Part shown: one piece after another, positions 36,285-46,354 of the stretch | Position numbering within the stretch: position 1 is the stretch's first letter | How the letters are laid out: each line of letters begins with the position of its first letter | Source: a virus | Taxonomy: Duplodnaviria; Caudoviricetes | Length of the DNA: 53,997 nucleotides | Virus record (IMG/VR): IMGVR_UViG_3300033153_006956 | Span: 1-53,997 of that record | Direction: 5' to 3' (one strand) | The notes under the pieces: generated by a model | Database searches by the model: none | What the model was told of the DNA's origin: nothing | What the model saw: the letters and a program-made list of their open reading frames with translations, nothing else | Translations under genes and position numbers: made by a program

Positions 36285-36818
36285 TTAGTATATTCTAAAA
36301 ATAGGTATAACCCCGAGATTACCACTATCACTATCTATATCCGTAAGTTCAATAAACATTTCGCAACAACCTTCCGCGTCAAACGCCAGTTTAGCCAGCC
36401 CATTATCACCGGCATTATCACCATACCCAATCTCTGTTGGCCAATACCTTGCAGTATTAGACAGCGTATCCGCGTATTTTCCGGTGTGTGCAGAACCTTT
36501 ACTGCCGCCGTAGGGTGTACTTATAACCTGCTGTGCTCCAATTATAGCATCTCCGGTACAAACTATCTCCGCACCACCGTTTTCACCATAGACAAAAATC
36601 TTGTAACTAAATGTATCACCATCTGGATTCCCGCCATCTTGAGCATCCCCGATAAACGCAACCACGACACCATTTGTCCCAATCGGCAACTCAACAATTT
36701 TCGCAACCGGCCTAAGACTCCAACTCTTGGTTGTGTTTCCTAGGGGGGTATCACCAGTTGTAACTATTACATCTTTGCGACCTATCATCCAACCAGACTT
36801 AAAAGTATGAATCAGCAT
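36285..36818 (-). CDS. Virion structural protein, paralog of 37862-38371
   Basis: Shared E.P.G.N, YADT and A.L.FD..G motifs. Confidence 0.6.
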   Translation of the reverse strand: MLIHTFKSGWMIGRKDVIVTTGDTPLGNTTKSWSLRPVAKIVELPIGTNGVVVAFIGDAQDGGNPDGDTFSYKIFVYGENGGAEIVCTGDAIIGAQQVISTPYGGSKGSAHTGKYADTLSNTARYWPTEIGYGDNAGDNGLAKLAFDAEGCCEMFIELTDIDSDSGNLGVIPIFRIY

Positions 36819-36825
36819 TTATCTT

Positions 36826-37203
36826 TTACCCCTGCAAAATCCTTTGTCTATTTTCTTGATTCTCCCCATCCTCGTTTATTCTGTTTGTGGTGTAGTCTCT
36901 GGCGTTCTGCTGGATTGCCCTGGCCATTTTAGTCGCCGAGATGGGGGCAAACAAACGCTGGCGGAATTCTTCTGCTTTCTTCCTGTCAAATTCCGCCAGT
37001 GAATGGCCGATATGCAGGAAGTCGGTGAAGATGCCAAACGCCCTATCTTTAGCCCACCGCCCAATTACAAAGGTGTCGGCTATCCTATGATGGTAGAGGA
37101 AAAAACTGTCGGCGTCTTTTGCAGGGGGGACTGTTTTAATCCACCTACTGAGTTCTCCACCCAGAATTTCGTGCTGAGCTCTATCATACATGCAAGGTAT
37201 CAT
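36826..37203 (-). CDS. Hypothetical virion-region protein
   Basis: ORF track; GGAG RBS. Confidence 0.6.
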   Translation of the reverse strand: MIPCMYDRAQHEILGGELSRWIKTVPPAKDADSFFLYHHRIADTFVIGRWAKDRAFGIFTDFLHIGHSLAEFDRKKAEEFRQRLFAPISATKMARAIQQNARDYTTNRINEDGENQENRQRILQG

Positions 37204-37214
37204 ATAATTATCTC

Positions 37215-37847
37215 CTACGCAGCGTATCTATCTCTTAGGGCTAAACCACGTACCCGACTCTCCTCACCCTCTGCCGGAATCTCCGAGCCGTGTCCATCGT
37301 TGTACAGTCGCCGTATTTCAGCAGCAGTGAGGGTATCACTAAATAACATTACATTGTCTATCCCGCCATTAAAATAACCACTGCCTTCAAGTCTCCCAAT
37401 ATCCAAATCACTGGCAGTAAAGGCAGCGGTGGCAGTAATGACAACGTGATGCCAGGCACCAGCAGTTAAAGTCGAGGCCACTGCCCCATTAACATATATA
37501 ATTTCTGTAGACGACCCAAAACCATTAACAGTGACTGTGCCGTTAACTACCGTAATATAATTAGTGCCGTCAAGGTCGATAAGGTAGTCAGTAACATTTA
37601 CAGCGTCTGGATTGCACCAAAGAGAAATGGTCTTTACACTACCAGCTTGGTTACCAACATTTATCCACCGGATAGTGTTGAGGTCTAATGCATTGTTTAT
37701 TTTTCCAGCTATATCGGCAGTATCAGTGTTATATGGTGTTGATATTTGTGTGAACACCCCATTAGCAGTGCCCACAACATCTTCAACAACAGAAGACGCT
37801 GTGTTATCATTCATCGGCCAGTGGGCTATTGGAGTTAATCTTGCCAT
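37215..37847 (-). CDS. LamG/ConA-like domain protein
   Basis: IAHWPMND, TISLW, WHHVVIT, FNGGIDNVMLFS. Confidence 0.8.
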   Translation of the reverse strand: MARLTPIAHWPMNDNTASSVVEDVVGTANGVFTQISTPYNTDTADIAGKINNALDLNTIRWINVGNQAGSVKTISLWCNPDAVNVTDYLIDLDGTNYITVVNGTVTVNGFGSSTEIIYVNGAVASTLTAGAWHHVVITATAAFTASDLDIGRLEGSGYFNGGIDNVMLFSDTLTAAEIRRLYNDGHGSEIPAEGEESRVRGLALRDRYAA

Positions 37848-37861
37848 CTTGAACCCCCATT

Positions 37862-38371
37862 TTAATAGCCCGAAATTAGAACAGTGCAGTCACGGTCGAA
37901 AGTTCCATAGCCATGAAATGCCACTAAATCATATCCACATAGGTCAAACACGAGTCTCGCCCAAGCATCTGTACCAGGCTCCACAGCCGCCACAGTTTTG
38001 AGCCACTTATTGTTAGTGATGGTTATAGTATCCGCATATTCAAGTCCAGAAAGAGATGAGATACTTGAAGCCTGTTGTCCGGTTGTTACATCGAGAGTAC
38101 ATGCTCTGGACAAATCAGCTTTGCCATCAGAATCTAATCGACCTAACCATACATCTATATAGGTAAGGTCATCATTATTGGTTGATGTAAGAAACGAGAC
38201 TTCAATAGTGTTGATACCGGTTGGGATTTCCTTATAAACAAAATTATCCAGACCGGCATTGGTTGTAAGGTTTCTTTCTCCTACTGCCAGTGTATCATCA
38301 GCGGCGGCGGCAGTGGCATCTATTACCCCAATGTTAATCCAGGGCATCCGAATTGTTTTTAGTGCCAACAT
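37862..38371 (-). CDS. Virion structural protein, paralog of 36285-36818
   Basis: Likely start 38371 after AAGGAG; shared motifs. Confidence 0.6.
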   Translation of the reverse strand: MLALKTIRMPWINIGVIDATAAAADDTLAVGERNLTTNAGLDNFVYKEIPTGINTIEVSFLTSTNNDDLTYIDVWLGRLDSDGKADLSRACTLDVTTGQQASSISSLSGLEYADTITITNNKWLKTVAAVEPGTDAWARLVFDLCGYDLVAFHGYGTFDRDCTVLISGY

Positions 38372-38449
38372 TCTTAACTCCTTAAAAGTTAAAGGGGGAC
38401 TGACGGGTGGGGGTGACCCGCCAATCAATCCCCCTTATTTTTGGTGCTA

Positions 38450-39403
38450 TTAACTGTCAGTTGCGGGATTTAGAATCGCAGCACTTGCGGCCTCAACGTT
38501 GGTATAATAGTTTTGTGCTGTCAACATTCCAGCAGTAGCGTTGGGGGCTGTACCGTCCTTGCCTCCGTGATGAAGATTATTGATGCAGACACCGGTTGTA
38601 CTTGCGTGTACTGTCAAAGTTAATCCGGCACTGGCATCCAAATTATTCATCGCATTGTTGATAACTTCCCAATCATAACCGGCAGCAGTATCAGCATCAA
38701 CTACGTGTTCATTCCAATCACCACGCCAGATATTATCGTATAGTTTCAGGCGAGTTACAGCACCCTCACAGTCGATGCTACAAAGAGATAAGTCCCCACC
38801 AGCAACATTGTAGAAGCGACAACCACGAATAGTTACATCAGTAAGTCCGGTTGTAAGGATTATCTGGACAGCGGCTTCGGCATCATTAGCTGACGCATAG
38901 AACATACAGTTATCCAAAGTAAATCCGTGAGCACCAGCTTGAACATCCATCATCGCCACGTTTGCGTCTATGGTATTGTAGAAGACCAAGTTGTACATCG
39001 AACAGTTGCTATTCCGGATGTCGATACAAGCGTCAGTAGCCCCAGCGAGAGTAAATTTGGGCCGTCTTGTTCCAACCCCTAAACCGATAATAGTAATACC
39101 TGCCTTATCTACACAGAATTCATCAGTTGTAGTACCACTAACGTTATTATCATTGGTATCTGCGATTGTCTCAGCGTGATTAGCAGCAATCAGAATAATA
39201 TCTCCGGCATCATTGGAACAACGGCTTATTGCATAATTCACAGTTGAGAAGGGCTTGTCCCAACTCGCCCCCTGGCCTTCAACAGCAGAGTTCGCAGCAT
39301 TTCCAGAATTGATGTCAACATAAAAAACACTCCCACCGGCAGCGGCGGCATCAGCGGCATAGCCGCTCCAGCCAAATCTGGTTATTGAATCATAAATATT
39401 CAT
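38450..39403 (-). CDS. Right-handed beta-helix (pectin-lyase-like) virion protein
   Basis: FYVD, G.SWDKPFST..YAI and Asn/Cys ladders. Confidence 0.7.
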   Translation of the reverse strand: MNIYDSITRFGWSGYAADAAAAGGSVFYVDINSGNAANSAVEGQGASWDKPFSTVNYAISRCSNDAGDIILIAANHAETIADTNDNNVSGTTTDEFCVDKAGITIIGLGVGTRRPKFTLAGATDACIDIRNSNCSMYNLVFYNTIDANVAMMDVQAGAHGFTLDNCMFYASANDAEAAVQIILTTGLTDVTIRGCRFYNVAGGDLSLCSIDCEGAVTRLKLYDNIWRGDWNEHVVDADTAAGYDWEVINNAMNNLDASAGLTLTVHASTTGVCINNLHHGGKDGTAPNATAGMLTAQNYYTNVEAASAAILNPATDS

Positions 39404-39444
39404 CCTTCATTTCCCCTAAAAACTAAATTAATCTACACTTTTAA

Positions 39445-40422
39445 TTATGCAGCGAAATCGGTTGAGGTTTTACTCCCCAGACCAAGATACCCAACAGCTC
39501 CAGCTTCACAACCATAGCAACCCATCTCAAACGATGCTGAGACATCGCCGACCGGATAAGCGTCACCCTTACCAGAAGCAACCCGCAGATTGACCATTAT
39601 TGCTTTAGTGGAGCTGTCAAGGTCAATGGCATCACCAGCAGAAGTATCGTAGTTGACAATCAAACAGTCCTTAATAATTGGGTAGTTAATTGCTGCTGCA
39701 TCAAGGTCAAGAGCCGCATTTGTCCAATCACCAATAAAAGTACAGTTCTCGATTGTCAGGAAATCGTGCTCATCAGCTTCTGTAATGATAGCATCAGTGT
39801 TGTCTCCGCTACAGAGATTTCTGAATACACAATTCTTGATAGTACATTGGTCAGTCTTATCCTCAAGTGTTATACACCCAAGAATTTCCTTGGTGCTCAC
39901 TGTCTCGAAGAATTCAAGTCCGTCCAGCGTCACATAATCAGACCCACTCTTGATGTCAATAGCTCTGGTTGTGCCATCAGTGTCCCCACCAACAATTCGT
40001 AAGTTCATCACGGTAATATTATCGCCGTTGATTTCGATAGTTGTTGAGGCATCAGTTCCACCAAGTGTCAGAGTCGGTCTTGCTGAGCCGGAACCAAGAC
40101 CAATAATGGTAACCTGGTTGACATCAATATCAAGGTCGGCAGCACCACTCAGCGTTTCAGCGTGATTGGGAGCGACCAGAATAACATCACCTTGGTCAGC
40201 AGTACATAAGCCAATCGCATAGTCGATAGTGGCCAGTGGTTGTTCAAAGGAATGTCCGTGAGTAGCATCATCGGCATCCAAGGCATTAGTGTGCTGGCTA
40301 TCAACAAACAGGATTTGAGCTTCACTTAATAGAGTAACACCAAGGTTAGACAGGTAGGGCATAACCGCCCATCCATACTTCTTAATTAAATCACTTACCA
40401 AAAACGGATTTGTAGCAGCCAT
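39445..40422 (-). CDS. Right-handed beta-helix virion protein, paralog of 38450-39403
   Basis: LFVD, GHSF..PLATIDYAI, GDVILVAPNHAET, TIIGLG. Confidence 0.7.
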   Translation of the reverse strand: MAATNPFLVSDLIKKYGWAVMPYLSNLGVTLLSEAQILFVDSQHTNALDADDATHGHSFEQPLATIDYAIGLCTADQGDVILVAPNHAETLSGAADLDIDVNQVTIIGLGSGSARPTLTLGGTDASTTIEINGDNITVMNLRIVGGDTDGTTRAIDIKSGSDYVTLDGLEFFETVSTKEILGCITLEDKTDQCTIKNCVFRNLCSGDNTDAIITEADEHDFLTIENCTFIGDWTNAALDLDAAAINYPIIKDCLIVNYDTSAGDAIDLDSSTKAIMVNLRVASGKGDAYPVGDVSASFEMGCYGCEAGAVGYLGLGSKTSTDFAA

Positions 40423-40441
40423 TTTTTCATCTCCTAAACTA

Positions 40442-40624
40442 TTACGCTGGTTGAACTGCTCTCAGTTGCCATCTTCGCAAGTACGCCCTTGCCTCATTGA
40501 TTATTTGTGGTTTATTCTCTAACGCACCAATGAGTAGATTGCATCGGACACAGAGCAACCCTCGTATTTGACCTGTATGACGATTATGGTCGAGACTTAA
40601 TTTAGTCTTTACACTATTCATCAC
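40442..40624 (-). pseudogene. Endonuclease VII C-terminal remnant
   Basis: LDHN..TGQIRGLLC..CN without the N-terminal CxxC. Confidence 0.6.
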
Positions 40625-40652
40625 AGACCAAAAACTAATCTATTTTACTTTG

Positions 40653-40692
40653 AGGGCGAAGGGGCAGCATTTTCCAGCTACCCCTGCACCTT
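40653..40692 (-). terminator. GC-rich hairpin downstream of the capsid gene
   Basis: GGGGTAGC/GCTGCCCC stem. Confidence 0.4.
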
Positions 40693-40751
40693 ACTTTTTA
40701 TGAGCGTCCTAATGCTCTAATTTTGATATTCGTTGTAACTCCTTGCTGTTA

Positions 40752-42344
40752 TTAAGCCTCTGTCAACCCAGTAAGTTTGACCCCTCTCGGGTCTATAGGG
40801 GCTATCAACTGGTACTGCCAGAAGGGGGCCTCAAGAACATCCAACGCCTGCCCACTTGTTCCTCTAGCTACCATAAAGATGCCAGTATGCCCACCAACGG
40901 GGGCTAAGAACTGGATCTCACCATCCATGCCGGCACCTACATTCAACCGGTTATCACCGCTACTAATTGTTGGGGGAACATATCGTTTGATATTCCCACC
41001 CTGTAGTTTAATAGCATACAGACGATTCTTCAAGCACAGGGGGTCAACAACCCATCTGAGAACTCGACCGTTAAACTCATAATTCACCTCAGACCAACCA
41101 CCCCTAGCGTTCAAAGATTTACCCTGTCGGTCATAGAATTGGCGGTTGTTGTACAGGCCGTATTGCTGAAGGTGTTTCTGGGTAACGCCATTCGTAGTCA
41201 AAATAGTATCGACAGTCAGACCAGGATACGCATCCAGGTACTGGCCGACATACTTATTCAGCACATCCTCAGTCAACGGGCCATTAACTGCCGCCACCGA
41301 AGACTTGAACTGTGGGTAAAGAGCGAGACCAAGTGCCTCGGAACTTGCACTTCCGCCCATCAGATTCCCTGAACTTTTCATCCAGTCCTCAAGTCCCCAA
41401 GTAGACATCGGGCGAGTTCCACCTGTATACTGACTACAACCAGCATTTACTATGTAGTCATACTGAACGATAGCTTTACTGGCCGCAGCGGTCCAACCAT
41501 GTGTGGTATCGTAATCCTGGATTGAACCATCATCATCACCAATACCAACACAGTCAAATGTTCGACTGATATAATCCACCCTTTGAATCATCACATGAAT
41601 CTTGTTAGTCCCATCGGTATTGAGAATGTCTGTCCCATCCAGAGCTGTACCATCACAAAGTGTTCCGCCGGCTGTTCCATCACTATTATCCACAAAATCA
41701 ATCATCATACCAGGACGGAAATTATGGATAGTTCCATACCTTTCATCAATGGTAACCGTTACCACATTACTGGAATCACTAACACTTGTAACAGAGCCAA
41801 GAATTTTTGTCTCATAAGTTGAAGTGCCAGTAACAGACATTGAGTGGAAACTTGTTGCTTCTATCATCGCCCTTAGCTTACCAACTGCCTTGATGTCTCT
41901 CGCCACTGACTTAATTTGTGTGGCAGAGAGAGCGTCAGCCTGCATCCACGCGACTGGAACACTAAAGTTACCAGTATTGTAGTGGAGAGACAACTGACGT
42001 TTCAAACTACCGGCGTGTGCAGCTTCCAACGCATTTGGGAACGGTGTTGACGTTTCAGCCGTATAAAACTGCAACATCTGTGCTTGTTTACCAGTTGTAG
42101 TACCAGCTACCATTGCTGGGCCGAGAGGATCTCCATACTTCATAACACCGGAAATGCCAGCATCATAAATATGGATTACTTTCCAGTCTCTGCCGAGCAT
42201 GCTAGTCTCATCTCTCTTAACACCAACGGATGTGGCAATTATATCTTTGAAAAACGGAGCTACCAGTGGCAGGCTCTCGTGCATGACTTTGGGCAACTCT
42301 TCTCTCATAAAGTTAGAGAGATTTTCTATGGCCGTATCTCCCAT
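40752..42344 (-). CDS. Major capsid protein (HK97-like, probably with an insertion)
   Basis: Follows the scaffold; WGLEDW, GGW..V...FNG.....VDP and C-terminal PRGVKLTGL patterns. Confidence 0.72.
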   Translation of the reverse strand: MGDTAIENLSNFMREELPKVMHESLPLVAPFFKDIIATSVGVKRDETSMLGRDWKVIHIYDAGISGVMKYGDPLGPAMVAGTTTGKQAQMLQFYTAETSTPFPNALEAAHAGSLKRQLSLHYNTGNFSVPVAWMQADALSATQIKSVARDIKAVGKLRAMIEATSFHSMSVTGTSTYETKILGSVTSVSDSSNVVTVTIDERYGTIHNFRPGMMIDFVDNSDGTAGGTLCDGTALDGTDILNTDGTNKIHVMIQRVDYISRTFDCVGIGDDDGSIQDYDTTHGWTAAASKAIVQYDYIVNAGCSQYTGGTRPMSTWGLEDWMKSSGNLMGGSASSEALGLALYPQFKSSVAAVNGPLTEDVLNKYVGQYLDAYPGLTVDTILTTNGVTQKHLQQYGLYNNRQFYDRQGKSLNARGGWSEVNYEFNGRVLRWVVDPLCLKNRLYAIKLQGGNIKRYVPPTISSGDNRLNVGAGMDGEIQFLAPVGGHTGIFMVARGTSGQALDVLEAPFWQYQLIAPIDPRGVKLTGLTEA

Positions 42345-42400
42345 TACTCATCTCCTTAATTAAACACATTTACTTTCTACAAAACGTCTAGCGAGACTAA

Positions 42401-43402
42401 CTATTTTACTTTGTTGGCAAGACTCTGAACCATCTTTTGTCCGAGTCTTTTCACCACGTTGTCCTCATAGTCTGCCTCAGTTGATGGTATCCTCTCAATT
42501 TTGTCATTGGATTGGACTTCAGCTGGGAGACCTCCAGTCGGCCCAAGGGCTGCCAACACATTCGATATGGCAGATTGCTTGGACGACTTTGATGGGATAC
42601 CGTATTTTTTCAGCTCCGACCTCACAGTCTGTATAGAGTTCTGAATCATTCCGGCCCCAAATTTCTCCTGCGTATATGGAGAAGCCAAAATCTTTCCACG
42701 AACATCTCGATGTACCATCGCTAGAATAACTTCACGCTTATCCCCCCGATTCTCTTCGGGGGTTTCACTTATTATTTTACCAAAGAATTCATCTTTGTCA
42801 ACACTTTCTTTGCACATTCTCAAAATTTCTTTTTCAGCCTCAGCAATCTGTGCCTGCTTGGCCTGCTCAAGAATATCCTTAGTTTCATCGTCAAGTTGGT
42901 CTTTCCCGATTTTCTTGTCAGAATCCACAGTTTTGTCCTTTTTGCTGCCCTGTTTATCCAGCTCATCGTTGAACATTTTAACCATCTCCTCCTGGTCGAC
43001 TCCAAGAACCCCTGCAAGTTTCCTAATATCCGAAGTATCCACGTTATCCGACTTCATAACCTTCTCAAAAGCCTCTTTAATTTCTATTCCCGAAGCTGCC
43101 CCCTTCCGCATCTCGGCAGCTTCCCTCATCAATTTATCAGCACCAGCAGATTTACTGGCATATTCCTTCAATTCATCCAATGTCAGCAACTTTGTTTCAC
43201 CACCAATCTTGACCTCATAATTCTCAGGCTCCTTCTTGCCGCCCTCATTATCACCTTTGTCACCTTTGTTACCTTTGTCGCCGGCATCACCTCCATCGCC
43301 GGCATTGCCGTCTTCACCACCGCCACCTGTACCTTCGCCATCGTTGTCGAAACATCTTTGGATACCACCAAGCATCATCCATTTTTTCCATAAATCAAAC
43401 AT
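42401..43402 (-). CDS. Capsid scaffolding protein
   Basis: Acidic Gly-rich N-terminus, YEVKIGGE..LTLDEL...SK.AGAD motif; between portal and capsid. Confidence 0.7.
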   Translation of the reverse strand: MFDLWKKWMMLGGIQRCFDNDGEGTGGGGEDGNAGDGGDAGDKGNKGDKGDNEGGKKEPENYEVKIGGETKLLTLDELKEYASKSAGADKLMREAAEMRKGAASGIEIKEAFEKVMKSDNVDTSDIRKLAGVLGVDQEEMVKMFNDELDKQGSKKDKTVDSDKKIGKDQLDDETKDILEQAKQAQIAEAEKEILRMCKESVDKDEFFGKIISETPEENRGDKREVILAMVHRDVRGKILASPYTQEKFGAGMIQNSIQTVRSELKKYGIPSKSSKQSAISNVLAALGPTGGLPAEVQSNDKIERIPSTEADYEDNVVKRLGQKMVQSLANKVK

Positions 43403-43452
43403 TTTGTGCTCCTTTCCTCCCATACAGTATTTGCAGGGGGTAGAACTTAGAG

Positions 43453-45501
43453 TTACATTACCGGCATTTCTTCTCCACCAACGGCACCGGCTCCAGCCAT
43501 TGGTTCACGTTCTAGCAGTCGTTTAACCTCGTCAATTTGAGCCACAGATTCTTCAGCCGCCTCCTCGCCGTACGGCATCATGTCTGGATATTGACCCATC
43601 CCGTTAAGATGCTCCTCCCTATGCTCAACGAATTTCTTTCTCACCTCTGACGATGTAAGATAAAATTCCGGCCTCGCCATAAAAGCATCCAGCACCATCA
43701 GGTGAACCTGGTGCATATCTCGCTCAGAAAAAGTGATATTCCCTGGGATACGACCATCATTAAACAGGATAAGATTTTCAAGGGTCGCTCTCCTATAGTT
43801 CTGCCACTCTATCTCATTTCCAACGGGGAGGTCGAGGGACATCTTACGGACTTTAATATTGTATTCTGTTGGGGTTATAACACCCCCCTTCAGGGCATCT
43901 TTCAATTCGATTTTCTGCTGTTCTTTGGAACGTGGCACAGCAGAGGCAACACTGATAACTATTTCATCTGGGTGTGGGATGGCATTTTCTGTGAGTCTAA
44001 GTTTACCTGTACTTGGGTCTATTTGTATTCCAGCTACCGTGTCATCCAAATGAGTTATATCCAAGACTTTCTTGTCGTCCCACATCAATCTGGCAATATC
44101 AAGAATGACTCGGTAGCAGTTACTGAATCCCTCGGCGAGAACTTTGGCAGTGGGTGTGATGGGAACGTTGCTGGTTTCATACAGGAAGCCAAGCCCTGAG
44201 GATGAGTCCACCCTCCCAGGTGCTCCGCCCCCCATAAGCTCTGTTGGTTGATTAGCTATATTATTTTGGAGAGCAACTCCCAGTTTCACAATTTCTGACG
44301 GCAGCGTGCCGGTGTTGGAGGGGGATATGTTGTAGGGCTTGTGGTCAGGTGCGACTGGGTCAGGTTCATACCTAGCTCGTTTCACTCCGTCCTTCCCTCT
44401 TGTGATTCTGGCGACTACACCTGTAGTGGTCGGCTCCATAAGAATACCATACAAATCCCAGTCTTTAAGATTCTGGAACTGTCTGGCAATAGCTTCTTCC
44501 ATCTCACAATTTATTGGAATAAGAGTATCAACAAAACTGCGGCCCCAGAAATTACCAATCTCAACATCAGATATAACCTGTGCTGGGAATTGTCTTCTTT
44601 CCTGCTTATAATTCCGCCGGTCTAGCAACTTCCCACCAGCATAGAGCATATATTCATCCCAGTAACCATCTGGTGTTTTAGTCCAAATCTCGGCTACCTC
44701 TACAACCTTAACTTTGGTTTTATCGGCAGATTGACGACCAGCTCGACCGCTGCCCCCCGCCTTTGTTTCCATTGTGGTATAAGCTGTAGAACCTGATATT
44801 CCAATCGCAACAGAACCCTGGAATCTCTCCTTTTCATCTTGTGGGATTAAACCAACTGGTACTTCTATGGTGTCCATATCCTTATAGATTTTAGCTTTTT
44901 TTTCTCTCGTATTTGGTAGTTCTTTTACCCATTCAAGCGGAACCATCTTGACACGGGCTAGACCCTTTATTACTGCCGGACTATCGACCTCAATCGGGAT
45001 AGGTATAATTTCCCAGGGGGGCACAACCTCAATCCCGATAGAATCTGCATCAATTACCCAGGGAATCAAGGCAGTAGTTCCATACAACAATAATGTATTT
45101 ATGGCCTCTCTCTGAACTGATGACACTTTCGGGGCTGGAAAAATCGAATCAAGAACTACCTGCCCAACACTCGCCTTCCGCATACCATCAAGGCTTATTC
45201 CCTCTTTAGTAACGACTGGTGTGAGATTCAAGCCCATCAGTCTCCCCCGTTGTGCCTGATACTTGGAAACTATGTCCTCATACAGAAAATTAAGAACACC
45301 CTTCTCGTCATAATAACTAACCTGAATTTCTCCAGTTGTATAATTAAGATTAGAAAAATTTCGGCAGCCTCTCATATAATAACGGCAAATCCACCACCTA
45401 ATCGCCTGGGCGGCTCTCTTGGCTTTCCCCTCTTTTAATATAAACTTGACAGTTTGTTCCGCCTGGTCATTACTCTTGGGGAATGTAACGTTATAGGGCA
45501 T
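43453..45501 (-). CDS. Portal protein
   Basis: 682 aa after TerL; LLYGT, EVVPPWE, FWGRSFVD.LIPIN patterns typical of podovirus portals. Confidence 0.75.
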   Translation of the reverse strand: MPYNVTFPKSNDQAEQTVKFILKEGKAKRAAQAIRWWICRYYMRGCRNFSNLNYTTGEIQVSYYDEKGVLNFLYEDIVSKYQAQRGRLMGLNLTPVVTKEGISLDGMRKASVGQVVLDSIFPAPKVSSVQREAINTLLLYGTTALIPWVIDADSIGIEVVPPWEIIPIPIEVDSPAVIKGLARVKMVPLEWVKELPNTREKKAKIYKDMDTIEVPVGLIPQDEKERFQGSVAIGISGSTAYTTMETKAGGSGRAGRQSADKTKVKVVEVAEIWTKTPDGYWDEYMLYAGGKLLDRRNYKQERRQFPAQVISDVEIGNFWGRSFVDTLIPINCEMEEAIARQFQNLKDWDLYGILMEPTTTGVVARITRGKDGVKRARYEPDPVAPDHKPYNISPSNTGTLPSEIVKLGVALQNNIANQPTELMGGGAPGRVDSSSGLGFLYETSNVPITPTAKVLAEGFSNCYRVILDIARLMWDDKKVLDITHLDDTVAGIQIDPSTGKLRLTENAIPHPDEIVISVASAVPRSKEQQKIELKDALKGGVITPTEYNIKVRKMSLDLPVGNEIEWQNYRRATLENLILFNDGRIPGNITFSERDMHQVHLMVLDAFMARPEFYLTSSEVRKKFVEHREEHLNGMGQYPDMMPYGEEAAEESVAQIDEVKRLLEREPMAGAGAVGGEEMPVM

Positions 45502-45514
45502 CTTTTATCTCCTT

Positions 45515-45796
45515 TTATCCAAACTGTGTGATAGTCGCGGCAGGCTCGATTTCCCTTTTCTCTTCGGGTTGTGGACTGACGGATTTATCCTTAACCCCTG
45601 CACATAAATTCCTCAACACCCCCGCCGTCTTGAAATCTTTATCCACCATCGCCTGATAGAGCTTATACTCTCTGGTGGTCTCCTGTAAAAGTCGATGGAG
45701 TGTGGCGACCTGGCACTGTAGAGCTATAATACAACTTACCAGTAATATAAACATTGCTATAATGATGGATGCAATAACAGCTACGTTAATATTCAT
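45515..45796 (-). CDS. Small N-terminal TM protein
   Basis: ORF track; AAGGAG RBS. Confidence 0.6.
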   Translation of the reverse strand: MNINVAVIASIIIAMFILLVSCIIALQCQVATLHRLLQETTREYKLYQAMVDKDFKTAGVLRNLCAGVKDKSVSPQPEEKREIEPAATITQFG

Positions 45797-45806
45797 TTGA
45801 GACTCC

Positions 45807-46349
45807 TTATCCAGTTTTTGTCCCAGCTTTATTGTTCCAAAAACTCAAATATTCTTCGGCTTTCTTTACCTTTATAGATGCCTTTTCAAGATGACCAACG
45901 AGGAAATTACAATGCTGGCAAAGTAATCCTCTTATTTGCTTTGTTTTATGGTTATGGTCTAGGTGGAAACTCCTTTTGAATTCTGACTGATGGCGGCCAC
46001 AAATAGCACATCGATTATTTTGCTCCTTGGCTTTGTCATCAAATATAGTTGCTTTAAGGTTTATCTTATATTTATTTTTCCATTGGGACAATCTATTTCC
46101 CAACTTTATCTTCTCTAAATTTTGTTGGCGGCGTTCCTTTGCTTGTTTTAGCCGCTTATCTCGATGCTCCCAATAGTATCTTTTCCACCACCCAGGATTT
46201 TTAAGAGCAAGTTCTTTCCGCATCTCCCCTAGACAAATTTTGCAGTAACAGCCATATCCATTTTTAGCAGAACGATTCTTAGAGAACTCACCAACTGATT
46301 TAATTATACCACATCTGGGACATTTTTGCAACCCCTTTTTTATATTCAT
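45807..46349 (-). CDS. Endonuclease VII-family homing endonuclease
   Basis: N-terminal CxxC..CxxC; CAICG...LDHNH....IRGLLC..CN. Confidence 0.85.
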   Translation of the reverse strand: MNIKKGLQKCPRCGIIKSVGEFSKNRSAKNGYGCYCKICLGEMRKELALKNPGWWKRYYWEHRDKRLKQAKERRQQNLEKIKLGNRLSQWKNKYKINLKATIFDDKAKEQNNRCAICGRHQSEFKRSFHLDHNHKTKQIRGLLCQHCNFLVGHLEKASIKVKKAEEYLSFWNNKAGTKTG

Positions 46350-46354
46350 TTCAT

